From the NCBI GenBank assembly GCA_963733035.1, contig CAVTBU010000008.1, positions 1 to 64,000 of the forward strand: a stretch of 64,000 bases of DNA, in the 5' to 3' direction. Positions 16,819 to 27,859 of this stretch are shown one piece after another. Position 1 is the first letter of the stretch. Each line of letters begins with the position of its first letter. A program made the position numbers and the translations under genes. The notes under the pieces are model-generated. The model saw only the letters and a list, made by a program, of their open reading frames with translations, did not search any database and was not told where the DNA came from. The stretch is from Pirellulales bacterium (GTDB taxonomy: Bacteria > Planctomycetota > Planctomycetia > Pirellulales > PALSA-1355).

Positions 16819-18576
16819 ATGCGAAGAGGGATCGGGGTCTCGCCGGGAGTAGCAATCGGGACGGCGTACTGTATCCACGAAATCTACGTCAATCCCGAAA
16901 CTCGGCGGCTTGAGCAGGCCGAGATTCTGGCCGAACTGGAACGCTATGATCGGGCCTGCGACAAGACGGCCGCCGACCTGAACGCCTTGCATCACAAAGT
17001 GACAAGTCAGGTGGGGCCCGACGAGGCCGCTATCTTTCAGGCGCACGCGGCCATTCTTCACGATCCTTCGTTTCGAGCCAAGGTCCGCCATTGGATCGTC
17101 AATGAGCGTCAGAGCGCGCCAGGCGCGTTGCATCGGCTGCTGGACGAGTACACGGCCCTCTTCGAAAGTACGCGTGACGAGTACATCAAAGAACGGCTGT
17201 CAGACGTTCGCGACGTCGTCATCCGGCTCAGCGGCCACCTGACCGACGTCCTACAGCCGCAGTTGGCGGCCTTGCCCGAACCGCTGATCCTCGTCGCCGG
17301 CGAACTGTTGCCCTCGCAGGTCGTCACGCTGGGAGATCGCGAAGTCGCGGGAATTGTCACCGAGGCGGGCGGGCGGACGAGTCACGCGGCGATTCTCGCG
17401 CGCAGCAGGGGGATTCCCGCGGTTTCCGGCGTCAGCGGGATTCACCGTCACGTGAAAACGGGTGACACCCTCGTGGTCGACGGTCGTGAAGGCCACGTGA
17501 TCGTCAATCCAGATCCGGAAATTACAAGCGCCTACTTCAAGCTGCAGCGCGAGTTCTTCGATCTGAAGGATGCGCTGGCCGAGAATCGCGACCAGCCGGC
17601 CGTCACCGCCGATGGCGAACATGTCGAGCTGCTGGCCAATATCAATAACGTCAGCGACGCCCGAGCCGCGATGGCCATGGGCGCCTCGGGCGTGGGACTG
17701 TTTCGCACCGAGTACATCTTTCTTACGCACCACGACGTACCAGACGAGGAAGAGCAGCTCGCCGCCTACCAGGAAATCATCGCTGCCAGTCCGAACCGCT
17801 ACGTAACCATCCGAACGCTCGACTTGGGTGGCGATAAGACCATTCCCTACCTGGGACATGCTCGCGAGGCGAATCCGTTCTTAGGCTGGCGTTCGATTCG
17901 GTTGTCATTTGAGCATCCCGAGTTTTTCGCCACGCAGATTCGGGCCATTCTGCGTGCGGCCGCCGCGGCCGGGGCGAACTCGCAAGTGCGGATGATGTTT
18001 CCCATGATCACTACGCTCGAAGAGATTCGCCGCGTGCGGAAAATTGTTCGCAAAGCGCGTGAGTCGCTCGAGGCCGCCGGAAAAGCCTTTGGCGACGTAC
18101 CGGTGGGTTTCATGCTTGAAGTCCCAGCAGCCGCTGTCACCATCGAAACCCTGCTGGATGAGGTGGATTTCGTCTCGATCGGCTCGAACGATTTAGTGCA
18201 GTACTTGATGGCTGCCGACCGCGACAATCCCAAGGTGAATCACCTCTGCCAGCCGCTCAGTCCGCCGGTCTTGAAAATCCTCCATCGCGTGATCTCCGCC
18301 TGTCGTACCGCGGGGAAACCGGTTACCGTGTGCGGTGAGATGGCGGGCGCCCCGCGTGCCTTCGTATTGCTGTTCGGCATGGGCTTGCGGAGTTTCAGCA
18401 TGAGCCCGGCGTTCGTGCCGATGCTGAAGGATCTGACGCGACACTTGACAAGGGAAACGGCCGAGCGGATCCTCAATCGGGCGTTGGAAATCAAAACAAC
18501 GACGGGCGTCCAACGCTACATGGCGAGGCAAATCGCCGAAATTGCACCGAACCTGAAACTACTCGACTCGGCCTGA
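16819..18576 (+). CDS. ptsI: Phosphoenolpyruvate-protein phosphotransferase (PTS enzyme I)
   Basis: GVSPGVAIG, TSHAAILARS (phospho-His), GLFRTE, RTLDLGGDK, NPFLGWR, SIGSNDL, VCGEMAG; no GAF domain. Confidence 0.95.
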   Translation: MRRGIGVSPGVAIGTAYCIHEIYVNPETRRLEQAEILAELERYDRACDKTAADLNALHHKVTSQVGPDEAAIFQAHAAILHDPSFRAKVRHWIVNERQSAPGALHRLLDEYTALFESTRDEYIKERLSDVRDVVIRLSGHLTDVLQPQLAALPEPLILVAGELLPSQVVTLGDREVAGIVTEAGGRTSHAAILARSRGIPAVSGVSGIHRHVKTGDTLVVDGREGHVIVNPDPEITSAYFKLQREFFDLKDALAENRDQPAVTADGEHVELLANINNVSDARAAMAMGASGVGLFRTEYIFLTHHDVPDEEEQLAAYQEIIAASPNRYVTIRTLDLGGDKTIPYLGHAREANPFLGWRSIRLSFEHPEFFATQIRAILRAAAAAGANSQVRMMFPMITTLEEIRRVRKIVRKARESLEAAGKAFGDVPVGFMLEVPAAAVTIETLLDEVDFVSIGSNDLVQYLMAADRDNPKVNHLCQPLSPPVLKILHRVISACRTAGKPVTVCGEMAGAPRAFVLLFGMGLRSFSMSPAFVPMLKDLTRHLTRETAERILNRALEIKTTTGVQRYMARQIAEIAPNLKLLDSA

Positions 18577-18625
18577 ATTCGCCTTCTAACAGCGATTTTC
18601 GGCTGCCCGCGAAAGGCCTGAACCC

Positions 18626-19703
18626 ATGCTTCGCATATTCGCGTGTGCGGCGGTCACGATTTCGCTCGCACTGCTTTCGCCGCGTGCGGCATCTCGGGCC
18701 GCGGAGCCCGGTGAAACGATTGAGCAGAAGTGTGTCGTCAGCATCGAAAGGATTTGGGACCGCCCAGACCATTCGGCGTTCACCGACGTGATTTTGCACA
18801 ATGGTTCGCTGTATTGCACGTTTCGTGAGGGTTCCGGACACATTCCCGGTCTGAACGGCGTCGTGCGCAGTGCTGCGCTCGCACGACCGAATGAACTGGG
18901 AGTCCGCGGCGCTCATTGACGAGCCACACGTCGACCTGCGCGATCCGAAAATCTCCGTTACCCCCGATGGCCGGTTGATGGTCAACATGGGAGCGTCGTA
19001 CTATCACGGTTCCCAGCGATACAAGATCGAATCACGCGTGGCGTTCTCAGACAGCGATGGCACGAACTTCGGCCCGCCGCAAAAGATCGAATTGCCCCAG
19101 GCGATGGTCACGGGCTTCGATTGGCTGTGGCGTGTTACTTGGCACCGGGGAGTCGCCTGGGCTTGCGTGCAACAGGTGGCAAGCGGCGATCGAGACGAGC
19201 GGGCGCTTCGGCTGGTGCGCAGCGACGACGGTGTTCACTACCAAGAGGTGACCCGCATCAATGCGTCCAATCCCAGCGAAACCACGCTACGTTTCTTGTC
19301 CGACAACACGATGGTCGCCATGATTCGCTGCGAAGGCAAGCCGGCGATCGGCCGCATCGGCACGGCCCAGGCGCCCTATACGGATTGGAAGATTGTCGAC
19401 TCGAACAAGCGATTCGGTGGCCCCAATTTCTTCCAGCTACCAGGTGGGACCTGGCTGGCCGGCAGTCGAGTTTACGACAACGGTCCCTCCAAGACAGCCC
19501 TCTGGTGGCTCGATATTCCCTCTGGGCAATGCGATCCGTTACTCACGTTTCCCAGTGGCGGCGACACGAGCTATCCCGGTTTTGCAATCGACCGCGATCG
19601 AGGGCTCGTCTACGTCTCGTACTATTCAAGCCATCAGGGCAAAACGTCGATTTACATGGCCACGTTGCGACTTGAGGCACTCGAACAGGCCCGTAAGCAG
19701 TAA
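18626..19703 (+). pseudogene. Secreted sialidase/BNR-like beta-propeller protein, frameshifted near 18869
   Basis: Signal peptide and HSAFTD..CTFREGSGH in frame 18626; LRS.D...W, DLRDPK, GDTSYPG, VSYYSSH in frame 18870; one extra base between GVVR and VLRS. Confidence 0.75.
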
Positions 19704-19704
19704 T

Positions 19705-20619
19705 CTATTGCTTGACGATGGTAGGCCGTTCGCGCTCGCGTGCGCTGCGTCGCCGGGCGATCCAATACACAGGCGCGAGAACGACCAGTCCCACCGGCAA
19801 CCAGGGTGTGATTCCCACGGCCGCTAGCAGGGCCGCTTCACCGGCCATCCGCAACGCCGAGATCGAGGCAAGAAATGTGCGACGAATCCGCGTTGCCAAT
19901 GTCGGCGCTTGCGGCGGTTCGTAGTCGCGGATTTCCACGATCGTCAGTTCGACTGTCGTCAGTGAGGTCAGGTCCTGTAAGACACGCATCCGGCCCTGCA
20001 TGCGTTCGAGTTCCTCTCGGACGCGTGAAAGCTCACGCTCGATGGCGATCACATCTTCGAGTTTTCCTGGTCGCTCCTCGAGCAACTTGAGCAGCCGCTC
20101 GTCTTCCTTCGTCTTATTGCGAATGCGGGCATCGACGTCGTAGTATTCCTCGCTCACGTCGCGCGAACTCGTGGCGACCTTCACCAATTCGCCCAGCCCT
20201 TTGGCTGCGTTCACAAAATCCTCGAAGCGGGCGACCGGCACGCGAATCGTCCAAATGCCACGGCGATTTTCGCCGGTTGAACCACTCAGGGTCGAATCGG
20301 CCACGTAGGCGTCATACTCTTTGACCAAGGAGATCACCCGGTCGGGGACGCCCGAGAAATCCTCGACGGCCAGCTCGATATTCGCTGAGTAGATAATCTT
20401 GCGGTCGAGGCTGGTCGCGGTGGAAACGAACCTTAGGCCGCCAGTCACGCCTCGTTTGCCCGAGTCAGCCTGAAGCCCGTCAGCCACGACGGCCTCGGCG
20501 GGCACGCTGGCCGGACTATCGTAGCGGCCCGCTTCGCGTGCGGATTTTACGCCACAACCCTGCGAGACGAGCAAGCCCGCGATTCCGACCACCACGAGAG
20601 AAGCCACGTTGCGCCACAT
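19705..20619 (-). CDS. DUF4349-type lipoprotein with C-terminal TM
   Basis: Lipobox-like SQGC; RKIIYSANIEL, TIRVP..RF, DVSEEYYDVDARI, IERELSRVREELE. Confidence 0.85.
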   Translation of the reverse strand: MWRNVASLVVVGIAGLLVSQGCGVKSAREAGRYDSPASVPAEAVVADGLQADSGKRGVTGGLRFVSTATSLDRKIIYSANIELAVEDFSGVPDRVISLVKEYDAYVADSTLSGSTGENRRGIWTIRVPVARFEDFVNAAKGLGELVKVATSSRDVSEEYYDVDARIRNKTKEDERLLKLLEERPGKLEDVIAIERELSRVREELERMQGRMRVLQDLTSLTTVELTIVEIRDYEPPQAPTLATRIRRTFLASISALRMAGEAALLAAVGITPWLPVGLVVLAPVYWIARRRSARERERPTIVKQ

Positions 20620-21060
20620 GTCGAGTCACCTGCAGAATCAGTCAGAAGGAGGAATTGGAATCCAATCGATAACTCCCTCTTGACGCGCAACACCCACCGA
20701 AAAGTTCCTCGAACGGCACGACCGAAAGCTCCCTGGCAAAACGGCCCCTTGTCTTCCGCAATGAACGAGTGCCGATCAGGAGCAAATATTCCTCGAATTT
20801 CATCGCGCTGGGCGTCGTTTGCCGGCCGAACGGGCTTCTTTTCCCCAAATTGAGTGGGGCAAACGATCGAACCGTCGCGTGGGTCATCCGTACGGTGCAG
20901 TAGGACTCTGGCGTCTTTGCGGATGAAAATCCGCGCATAACCTATGGTTTCAAGGCGGAACCCGAGGCGTATAATCGGGCGTTCACGTTCTGATATCTTC
21001 GGCCGTCGAAGTGAAATGGGCCGAATTCTGCATATTTCTCGGATTTTTCACGAGGGAGCG

Positions 21061-23910
21061 ATGACGATGGTGGGTACTCGATACGCAGCACTTCTGGCGG
21101 TTTTGGCAATATTCACGGCGGCCGTTTTGCCCGCAGGGGCGGATGCCCCATCCGCCCCGTCCACTCCGGCTGCAACCAGCGCTGCACCAGCTGATTCGAA
21201 TGCCGCTCTGGCCCCGGCGACCAAAGTCCGCACGCTCGAGGGAATCACGGAATACTGCCTTTCAAACGGCCTGACTGTCCTTTTGTATCCAGATGCCTCC
21301 AAACCAACAGTGACCGTCAACCTGACCGTACTGGTCGGCTCGCGACATGAGGGCTACGGCGAAACCGGCATGGCGCATCTCCTGGAGCACATGGTATTCA
21401 AAGGAACGCCCACGCATCCGCACATTCCCAAGGCCCTTCAGGAACGGGGTGCCCGCTTCAACGGTACGACGTGGGTTGACCGCACGAACTACTACGAAAC
21501 TTTGCCAGCCAGCGAAGACAATTTGAACTTCGCCCTGGAACTCGAAGCCGATCGCCTCGTGAACAGCTTCATCAAACAGGAAGACCTGTTCTCCGAGATG
21601 ACCGTCGTGCGAAGCGAATTTGAGCGCGGTGAGAATTCGCCGAGCAACCTGCTCAATCAACGTGTTATGTCCGCCGCATTCGATTGGCACAACTACGGCA
21701 AATCGACCATCGGTAACCGCACCGACATCGAACGCGTGCCTATCAAGAATCTCCACGCCTTCTATAAGAAGTACTATCAGCCTGACAACTGCATGCTGGT
21801 AATCGCCGGCAAGTTCGACGAGGCCAAGGCGATGCAGTTGGTCGAGAAACATTTCGGTGGCCTGCCGAAGCCCACGCGATCGCTCCCGAAAACTTACACG
21901 GAAGAGCCGCCTCAGGACGGCGAGCGTACCGTGATCCTTCGGCGGGTGGGAGACGTGGGAATCGTGGCGGCGGCATATCACATTCCGTCTGGTGGTCATG
22001 AGGACGTGGCCCCGCTCGACGTGCTGGCCAACATTCTCAGTTCGGCTCCCTCTGGCCGTTTATACAAGGCGCTGGTCGAAACCAAGAAAGCGACCAGCGT
22101 TTCGGCCGGGGCCACGAGTTGGCACGACCCGGGCGTGTTTGAAGTTGACGCCGAAGTGCGCAAGGGGGATTCGCTCGAAGAGGCTAAGGACGTGATGCTG
22201 AAAGTGGTCGAGAGCGCCGCCGATAAACCGTTTACCGAAGCGGAAGTGGAGCGGGCCAAACAGAAACTCCTCAAACAACGCGAACTGAATGCCGCGGATA
22301 CCGGCCGCATTGCCGTAGAACTGAGCGACTGGGCCGCCCAAGGCGACTGGCGGTTATACCTGCTGCATCGCGACCGGATTGAAAACGTCACACCGCAGCA
22401 AGTCGAGGACGTCGCCCGTCGCTACCTCCGCCGCGAGAACCGCACGCTCGGTTTGTTTATTCCATCGGAAAAGTCTGAGAAGACCGAAATTCCAGCGAAC
22501 CCCGATCTGGCCGCGCTGTTTGACGGCTATAAGGGACGCGAGGATGTCGCAGGCGGCGAAGCGTTTGATCCGACGCCCGCAAATCTTGACGCCCGCAGCC
22601 AGCGCGTCACGCTCGCCGAAGGCGTCAAGGGCATCTTGCTGCCGAAAAAAACCCGGGGAGAGTCGGTCAATCTGCGACTGGTATTGCGCTATGGCGATCT
22701 CGAATCGCTCAAGGGCTATGAGGCGGCCTCCGAAATGCTCCCCGCCATGATGATTCGCGGCACGAGGAATCTCACGCGGCAGCAGATCCAGGACGAATTG
22801 GACAAGAACCGCGCGACGCTCGCCGCCTACGGAACCGCCGGCGAAGCGGTCTTCTCGATTCAGACCAAGCGGTCGAATCTGCCGGCGGTGCTCACCTTGT
22901 TGAAGCAGATCCTACGTGAGCCGTCGATTCCGGCCGACGAGTTTGAAGTCTTGCAGCGGCAGCAGCTTTCGAGTCTTGAAGAACAGCTTACGGATCCGGC
23001 CAGCCTGGCGATTACCAAGGTACGGCGCACGGTCTCGCCTTATCCGAAGGGTGACATTCGCTATGTCCCAACGTTGGATGAGGAACTTGAGCGATTCACC
23101 AGCGTTAGCCGCGACCAGGTCCAAAAACTGTACCACGAGTTCCTCAGCTCTCAGGCAGGCGAACTGGCGATCGTGGGTGACTTCGATCCGGACGAAAACA
23201 CCAAAGTGTTGGCCGATGCACTTGCCGGTTGGACTAGTCAGATGTCTTACTCGCGGATTCCGAAGCAATACTTTCCGGACGTGCCGGGCGGCATGTCGGA
23301 GATTGAGACACCGGATAAGGCCAACGCCGTTTACATGGCTGGCATGGCGTTTCCGCTGAAGGAGTCGGACGCCGATTACGCGCCCTTGCTGATGGGCAAC
23401 TATGTCTTCGGCGGCGGCACGCTCTCCTCGCGTCTCGGCGATCGCGTGCGTCAGAAGGAGGGCCTGTCGTATGGGGTCGGTTCGTTCGTCTCGTCCGACC
23501 CGCTCGACGCGCGTTCAAGTCTGACGATCAATGCCATCTGCAATCCGTCTAACATGCGAAAGGTCGATAACGCCATCAATGAGGAGTTGACCAAGCTGTT
23601 GGCCGACGGCGTGACCGCGGCCGAGCTAGCCCGGGCCAAGCAAGGTTATCTCCAGCAGCAGCAGGTCTCGCGGACCAACGACGGCGTGCTCACGGCCATG
23701 TTCACCGAGAACTTATATGTCGACCGCACGATGGAATTCTATTCGGAACTGGAAAAACGGATCACGGCACTTTCGCCCGAGCAGGTCCTCGAAGTATTGC
23801 GGAAGTATATCGATCCGAAGAAGCTCGTCATCGTCGATGCGGGCGATTTCGCCAACGCTGAGAAGCCCAAGGAAAACGAAGCGGCGGCACCACAAGCGCC
23901 GGCTAAATGA
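21061..23910 (+). CDS. M16 (pitrilysin-family) zinc peptidase, exported
   Basis: GSRHE..GMAHLLEHMVFKGT (HxxEH), NGTTWVDRTNYYE, SRL..RVRQKEGLSY; the start is uncertain. Confidence 0.94.
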   Translation: MTMVGTRYAALLAVLAIFTAAVLPAGADAPSAPSTPAATSAAPADSNAALAPATKVRTLEGITEYCLSNGLTVLLYPDASKPTVTVNLTVLVGSRHEGYGETGMAHLLEHMVFKGTPTHPHIPKALQERGARFNGTTWVDRTNYYETLPASEDNLNFALELEADRLVNSFIKQEDLFSEMTVVRSEFERGENSPSNLLNQRVMSAAFDWHNYGKSTIGNRTDIERVPIKNLHAFYKKYYQPDNCMLVIAGKFDEAKAMQLVEKHFGGLPKPTRSLPKTYTEEPPQDGERTVILRRVGDVGIVAAAYHIPSGGHEDVAPLDVLANILSSAPSGRLYKALVETKKATSVSAGATSWHDPGVFEVDAEVRKGDSLEEAKDVMLKVVESAADKPFTEAEVERAKQKLLKQRELNAADTGRIAVELSDWAAQGDWRLYLLHRDRIENVTPQQVEDVARRYLRRENRTLGLFIPSEKSEKTEIPANPDLAALFDGYKGREDVAGGEAFDPTPANLDARSQRVTLAEGVKGILLPKKTRGESVNLRLVLRYGDLESLKGYEAASEMLPAMMIRGTRNLTRQQIQDELDKNRATLAAYGTAGEAVFSIQTKRSNLPAVLTLLKQILREPSIPADEFEVLQRQQLSSLEEQLTDPASLAITKVRRTVSPYPKGDIRYVPTLDEELERFTSVSRDQVQKLYHEFLSSQAGELAIVGDFDPDENTKVLADALAGWTSQMSYSRIPKQYFPDVPGGMSEIETPDKANAVYMAGMAFPLKESDADYAPLLMGNYVFGGGTLSSRLGDRVRQKEGLSYGVGSFVSSDPLDARSSLTINAICNPSNMRKVDNAINEELTKLLADGVTAAELARAKQGYLQQQQVSRTNDGVLTAMFTENLYVDRTMEFYSELEKRITALSPEQVLEVLRKYIDPKKLVIVDAGDFANAEKPKENEAAAPQAPAK

Positions 23911-23928
23911 CTCCCGCTCCGTTTCCGC

Positions 23929-24396
23929 TTACCGTTTCCATTGCCGTAGTGCCTCGTATGTGGCGATGCCCACGGCATTGGAGAGATTCAGGCTTCTTAC
24001 TTGGGGACGAATCGGGATTTGTAGCAGCCGCTCGCGGTTTGCGGCCAGCATCGACGGTGGCAGGCCTTCCGATTCCGCGCCGAAGACGAGTACGTCGCCC
24101 TGCTCGAATTGCACGTCGGTGTAGATCCGCTCGGCGGTCTTGCTGAAGTACCAAAACGGGCGCGGACCAAGTCGCTCGACGAGCCTATTCCAATCGTCGA
24201 CGGCTTCCCATTCCAGGTACTGCCAGTAGTCGAGCCCGGCGCGGCGGAGGTAGTAGTCGTCGATTCGAAATCCAAGCGGCCGCACGAGCCACAACTTGGC
24301 CCCCGCCGCCACGCAAGTTCGCCCGACGCTTCCGGTGTTGTGCGGAATCTCCGGGTGAAACAACACGACGTGCAAAACGGGCGTATACTGCGACAT
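23929..24396 (-). CDS. trmL: tRNA (cytidine/uridine-34 2'-O)-methyltransferase
   Basis: VLFHPEIPHNTG, LRRAGLDYW, VFGAESEGLP, RSLNLSN. Confidence 0.93.
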   Translation of the reverse strand: MSQYTPVLHVVLFHPEIPHNTGSVGRTCVAAGAKLWLVRPLGFRIDDYYLRRAGLDYWQYLEWEAVDDWNRLVERLGPRPFWYFSKTAERIYTDVQFEQGDVLVFGAESEGLPPSMLAANRERLLQIPIRPQVRSLNLSNAVGIATYEALRQWKR

Positions 24397-24474
24397 TCCC
24401 AGACCGACCTTCAGATCAATCGACAGCGACCAATTCACTAGGGCCCAGGCAACGACGGGCTTGGCAATCGAGTT

Positions 24475-26007
24475 CTATTTAACCACTCCGCGGCTCTGCG
24501 CGTTATTGTCATCTGCTTTTGCTTTCTCAATTGCGCTCAGCTGCTCTGGCGTGTAGTAACCGGTCGTCAACTGCCGGCGACGCTTCCCCTTAGCAACTTG
24601 CTCAAGCAGCCCCAGCATTTTCGCCACGATCTTTGGCTCCGCCTCCGTTTCCAGCCCAGCGGTGCGGGCGGGCCAAGTCGTGTATCCGCCCAAATAGTGT
24701 TGCTCAGGAGGCGGAATGTAGCCTTCGGCTCCATTGGCCAATTCGAGGTTCATCGTCAGTGGCAGAGGAGATTGTGCCTTGAGCTTCAGGCCGGTAATGC
24801 CATAAACCTCATTGGGAATTGCCGTCAGCCCCAGATCGCCGATTCGCACGGCCTGTAGCACAAGTGTCGCAGTTGGATGAACGCGCAACCACTGGGCCTG
24901 CTCAGCATACACTTCCGGCTGATTGGCAGGTCGAGATCCCATCTGTTTCTCGCGAACGTCTTTGGCCCATTGCAAGCGTTCGGCTGAGGGAAGTCGGCGG
25001 TCAAGCGTGATTTCCGATTGCGCCATTGCCAGATCAACGTCCCGGCGGTAGTCGATGTTCCGCAGTGCGTTTAATGCCAGATCGCCGAGTTCCCGTGCGT
25101 ACTGCTCGCGCGGGTAGTTCGAGCGTTGCGGTTTTGAATAGTCCATCCAATGCAGATCGCCGCTGGTCCCTTGCGACATGATCGCGACCAGCGGCGGATC
25201 GGCGTCTTCAGTCGCGCCAATCTGCGTCTCCACGTAGCCGGCGTAGTCACCGAAGTAGTCGGCCGAGAAGCCAGCGCCACCACCAAAATAGTGCATCGAA
25301 TAGTTGCTCAAAATCGCAATCGGCCTGCCCGCGGTCGTTCGCAGGCTCAACAGCGTCAGTTTAGAGTCGACCGGTCCTGCCGGTGCCACGTACGCGGGAT
25401 TCAGGTATCCCGGGTGCATCATCGCGCGTACGGTTTTCTGGCCGAATGGATCGATACCAAACGCATCGGCCCGGTGGATCCAGCGTCGGCAATGGGTATG
25501 TTCGGGAGCATCCACGGCGGCCCAACCCGCTTCGGCCGGGGTCAATTGGGCGTGGGCTTGCGCGATACCGGCGGCCACTTGCGGAATGAAGAAATCTGCG
25601 TAGGCTGGATCCTTTCGCGAACCCAAACAGTAGTCCATCAGACTTGGCGCCGAGTGCGTGTGAGTCGCGGCGATCAAAACGCAATCGGCGGGAATTCTCA
25701 CGTCGCGCTGGACACGCTGCTTGATCGCATCGCATACGTCTCGCGGCACCATGCATGAGTCGACAATGGCAATCGCCAGCGTCGTGGTCCCGTCCGAAAG
25801 CACCAGGCAACGGGCATGAAGAGGATCATCCAGGCGGCTGCTAGTGGCTTCCAAGAATCCGCCGTTGCGGATCGCCGGCAACACTCGCGGAGAGATATCA
25901 ATCGCGACACAGCCGGCCCGAAATTCTCCGGCAGCGAGCGGTAAACCGGCGGCGACTGATGCAACACACAGAGCCAGCCACGTAAGCAATTGACCAGGTC
26001 TAAGCAT
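24475..26007 (-). CDS. Secreted neutral/alkaline ceramidase-like amidohydrolase
   Basis: Signal peptide; DPLHARCLVL, AATHTHSAP, NYSMH, SADYFG, ELANG..GYIP. Confidence 0.8.
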   Translation of the reverse strand: MLRPGQLLTWLALCVASVAAGLPLAAGEFRAGCVAIDISPRVLPAIRNGGFLEATSSRLDDPLHARCLVLSDGTTTLAIAIVDSCMVPRDVCDAIKQRVQRDVRIPADCVLIAATHTHSAPSLMDYCLGSRKDPAYADFFIPQVAAGIAQAHAQLTPAEAGWAAVDAPEHTHCRRWIHRADAFGIDPFGQKTVRAMMHPGYLNPAYVAPAGPVDSKLTLLSLRTTAGRPIAILSNYSMHYFGGGAGFSADYFGDYAGYVETQIGATEDADPPLVAIMSQGTSGDLHWMDYSKPQRSNYPREQYARELGDLALNALRNIDYRRDVDLAMAQSEITLDRRLPSAERLQWAKDVREKQMGSRPANQPEVYAEQAQWLRVHPTATLVLQAVRIGDLGLTAIPNEVYGITGLKLKAQSPLPLTMNLELANGAEGYIPPPEQHYLGGYTTWPARTAGLETEAEPKIVAKMLGLLEQVAKGKRRRQLTTGYYTPEQLSAIEKAKADDNNAQSRGVVK

Positions 26008-26098
26008 CTCGTCCCTTCCGGCGCAGTATCGAATCACTTCGTGCCACCTCGGCTATACTAAACCGAATTGAAGACAAAGACGAGTCAGGAGGATCGCC

Positions 26099-26425
26099 AT
26101 GCCTGCGGAAACCGAATACGGCCACATCGACCTCACGCGCGAGGAAGTCGATGCTTGGCCCGGCGCGGCGGTTGTACAGTTCGGCACGAATTGGTGCGGT
26201 TATTGCCAAGCGGCGCAGCCCCTGGTGCAACAAGCCTTCGACGATTTTCCCGCCGTACGACACGCGGCGGTGGAAGATGGACCAGGCCGGCCACTCGGTC
26301 GATCTTATCGCGTCAAACTCTGGCCGACGCTGATCTTTCTCAAAAACGGAGTGGAACTTTCGCGACTCGTTCGTCCCGATTCCGCTGAGGCGATTCGCGC
26401 GGAGTTAGGGGAAATAAGCGTGTGA
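26099..26425 (+). CDS. Thioredoxin-family protein
   Basis: WCGYC active site, VKLWPTLIFLKNG. Confidence 0.9.
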   Translation: MPAETEYGHIDLTREEVDAWPGAAVVQFGTNWCGYCQAAQPLVQQAFDDFPAVRHAAVEDGPGRPLGRSYRVKLWPTLIFLKNGVELSRLVRPDSAEAIRAELGEISV

Positions 26426-26494
26426 AACGGATGGCCAACTGAGGTTCGCCGGAGTTTGGGCGTGCGCGAACGCGGAGCTCGCTTCGGCGGCCCC

Positions 26495-27802
26495 TTACCG
26501 TTTGAACTTGCTGGCGACGAGGGCGATGTTTTGGCCGCCGAAGCCGAAGCTGTTGCTGAGGGTGTGTTCGCACTTTGACGGGCGGGCCTGGTTGGGGATG
26601 TAGTCCAGGTCGCACGCCGGGTCCGGCGTGTGGTAGTTGATCGTCGGCGGCAGCACCCCGTCGCGGATCGCCATCAGGCACACGATCAATTCCGTCGCCC
26701 CGGCCGCCGCGATCAAATGACCCATCATGCTCTTGGTGCTCGACACGGGCGTCCGGTACGCCGCCTCTTCCCCCAACGCCTTCTTGATCGCCAGCGTCTC
26801 CACCCGATCGTTCACGCTCGTGCTCGTCCCGTGCGCGTTGATGTAGTGCAGGTCCGTCGGGTTCAGCTCCGCATCCTGCAGGGCCAGCTGAATGCACCTG
26901 GCCGCCCCACGTCCTTCCGGATGCGTGTCGGTGATCCGGTACGCGTCGGCCGTGCTCCCATAGCCGGTCAATTCTCCATAAATCTGCGCACCACGCCGCT
27001 TGGCGTGCTCCAATTCCTCCAGCACCACCATCGACGCCCCTTCCCCCAGCACAAACCCGTCCCGGTCCTTGTCGAACGGACGCGAAGCTTCCTGCGGATG
27101 GTCGTTGTTGGTGCTCAAGGCCGTCAGCAGGTTAAATCCCGTCACGCCGAACGGGTGAATCATGCTGTGCGTCCCGCCCGACAGCATCACGTCCGCGTCC
27201 CCCCGCCGGATCAGCTCCGACGCCTCGCCGATCGCCTGGCTGCTAGCGGCACAAGCCGTCAGGCAGTTGGCATTCGGGCCCTGCGCGTTGAACATCGCCG
27301 CCAGGTGGCCGGCCGGCATGTTCGGCTCCTGCTCCAACTCCACCGTCGGGTGCAGCCACTCCAGGCCCGCCTTGGTGAACAACGCCAAATCGAACGCCTC
27401 GCCACGCAGGGCACTGGCCATCATCCGCGCAAAGCACTGGAAGTCCTGCTGTCCCTCGCCGCTCCCCAGGTACACGCCAAACCGGGTCGGATCCAGGCTC
27501 GTATCCAAGATCCCCGCGTCGCCAACCGCCTTCTTGGCCGCCCCGGCCGCGAACTTCGTGTGCCGGCCACGCAGCTGCCACACCGCCGGGTCTTCCCCCA
27601 CCTGGCCCACGTCCCAGTCGCGCACCTCGGCCGAGATCTTCGTCGGGAACCGGCTGGCGTCGAAGATCGACGTGTAGCCCACCCCCGACTGACCTTGCTT
27701 CAGCCCTTCCCACAGCTGGTGCACGTCGGTCCCCATCGGCGTGATCACGCCCACGCCCGTCACGACCACCCGTCGACGCTGCTGCGCCCGATCGATCATC
27801 AT
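26495..27802 (-). CDS. fabF: Beta-ketoacyl-ACP synthase, FabF-like (copy 2)
   Basis: Identical to copy 1 except EEAAYR vs ENAAYQ and terminal KR vs NG. Confidence 0.93.
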   Translation of the reverse strand: MMIDRAQQRRRVVVTGVGVITPMGTDVHQLWEGLKQGQSGVGYTSIFDASRFPTKISAEVRDWDVGQVGEDPAVWQLRGRHTKFAAGAAKKAVGDAGILDTSLDPTRFGVYLGSGEGQQDFQCFARMMASALRGEAFDLALFTKAGLEWLHPTVELEQEPNMPAGHLAAMFNAQGPNANCLTACAASSQAIGEASELIRRGDADVMLSGGTHSMIHPFGVTGFNLLTALSTNNDHPQEASRPFDKDRDGFVLGEGASMVVLEELEHAKRRGAQIYGELTGYGSTADAYRITDTHPEGRGAARCIQLALQDAELNPTDLHYINAHGTSTSVNDRVETLAIKKALGEEAAYRTPVSSTKSMMGHLIAAAGATELIVCLMAIRDGVLPPTINYHTPDPACDLDYIPNQARPSKCEHTLSNSFGFGGQNIALVASKFKR

Positions 27803-27859
27803 GGTTCGTCCCCTCGCCCCTGTGGTGGGTATTGCCCCTTCTGGGTATTCCTGTGCGTA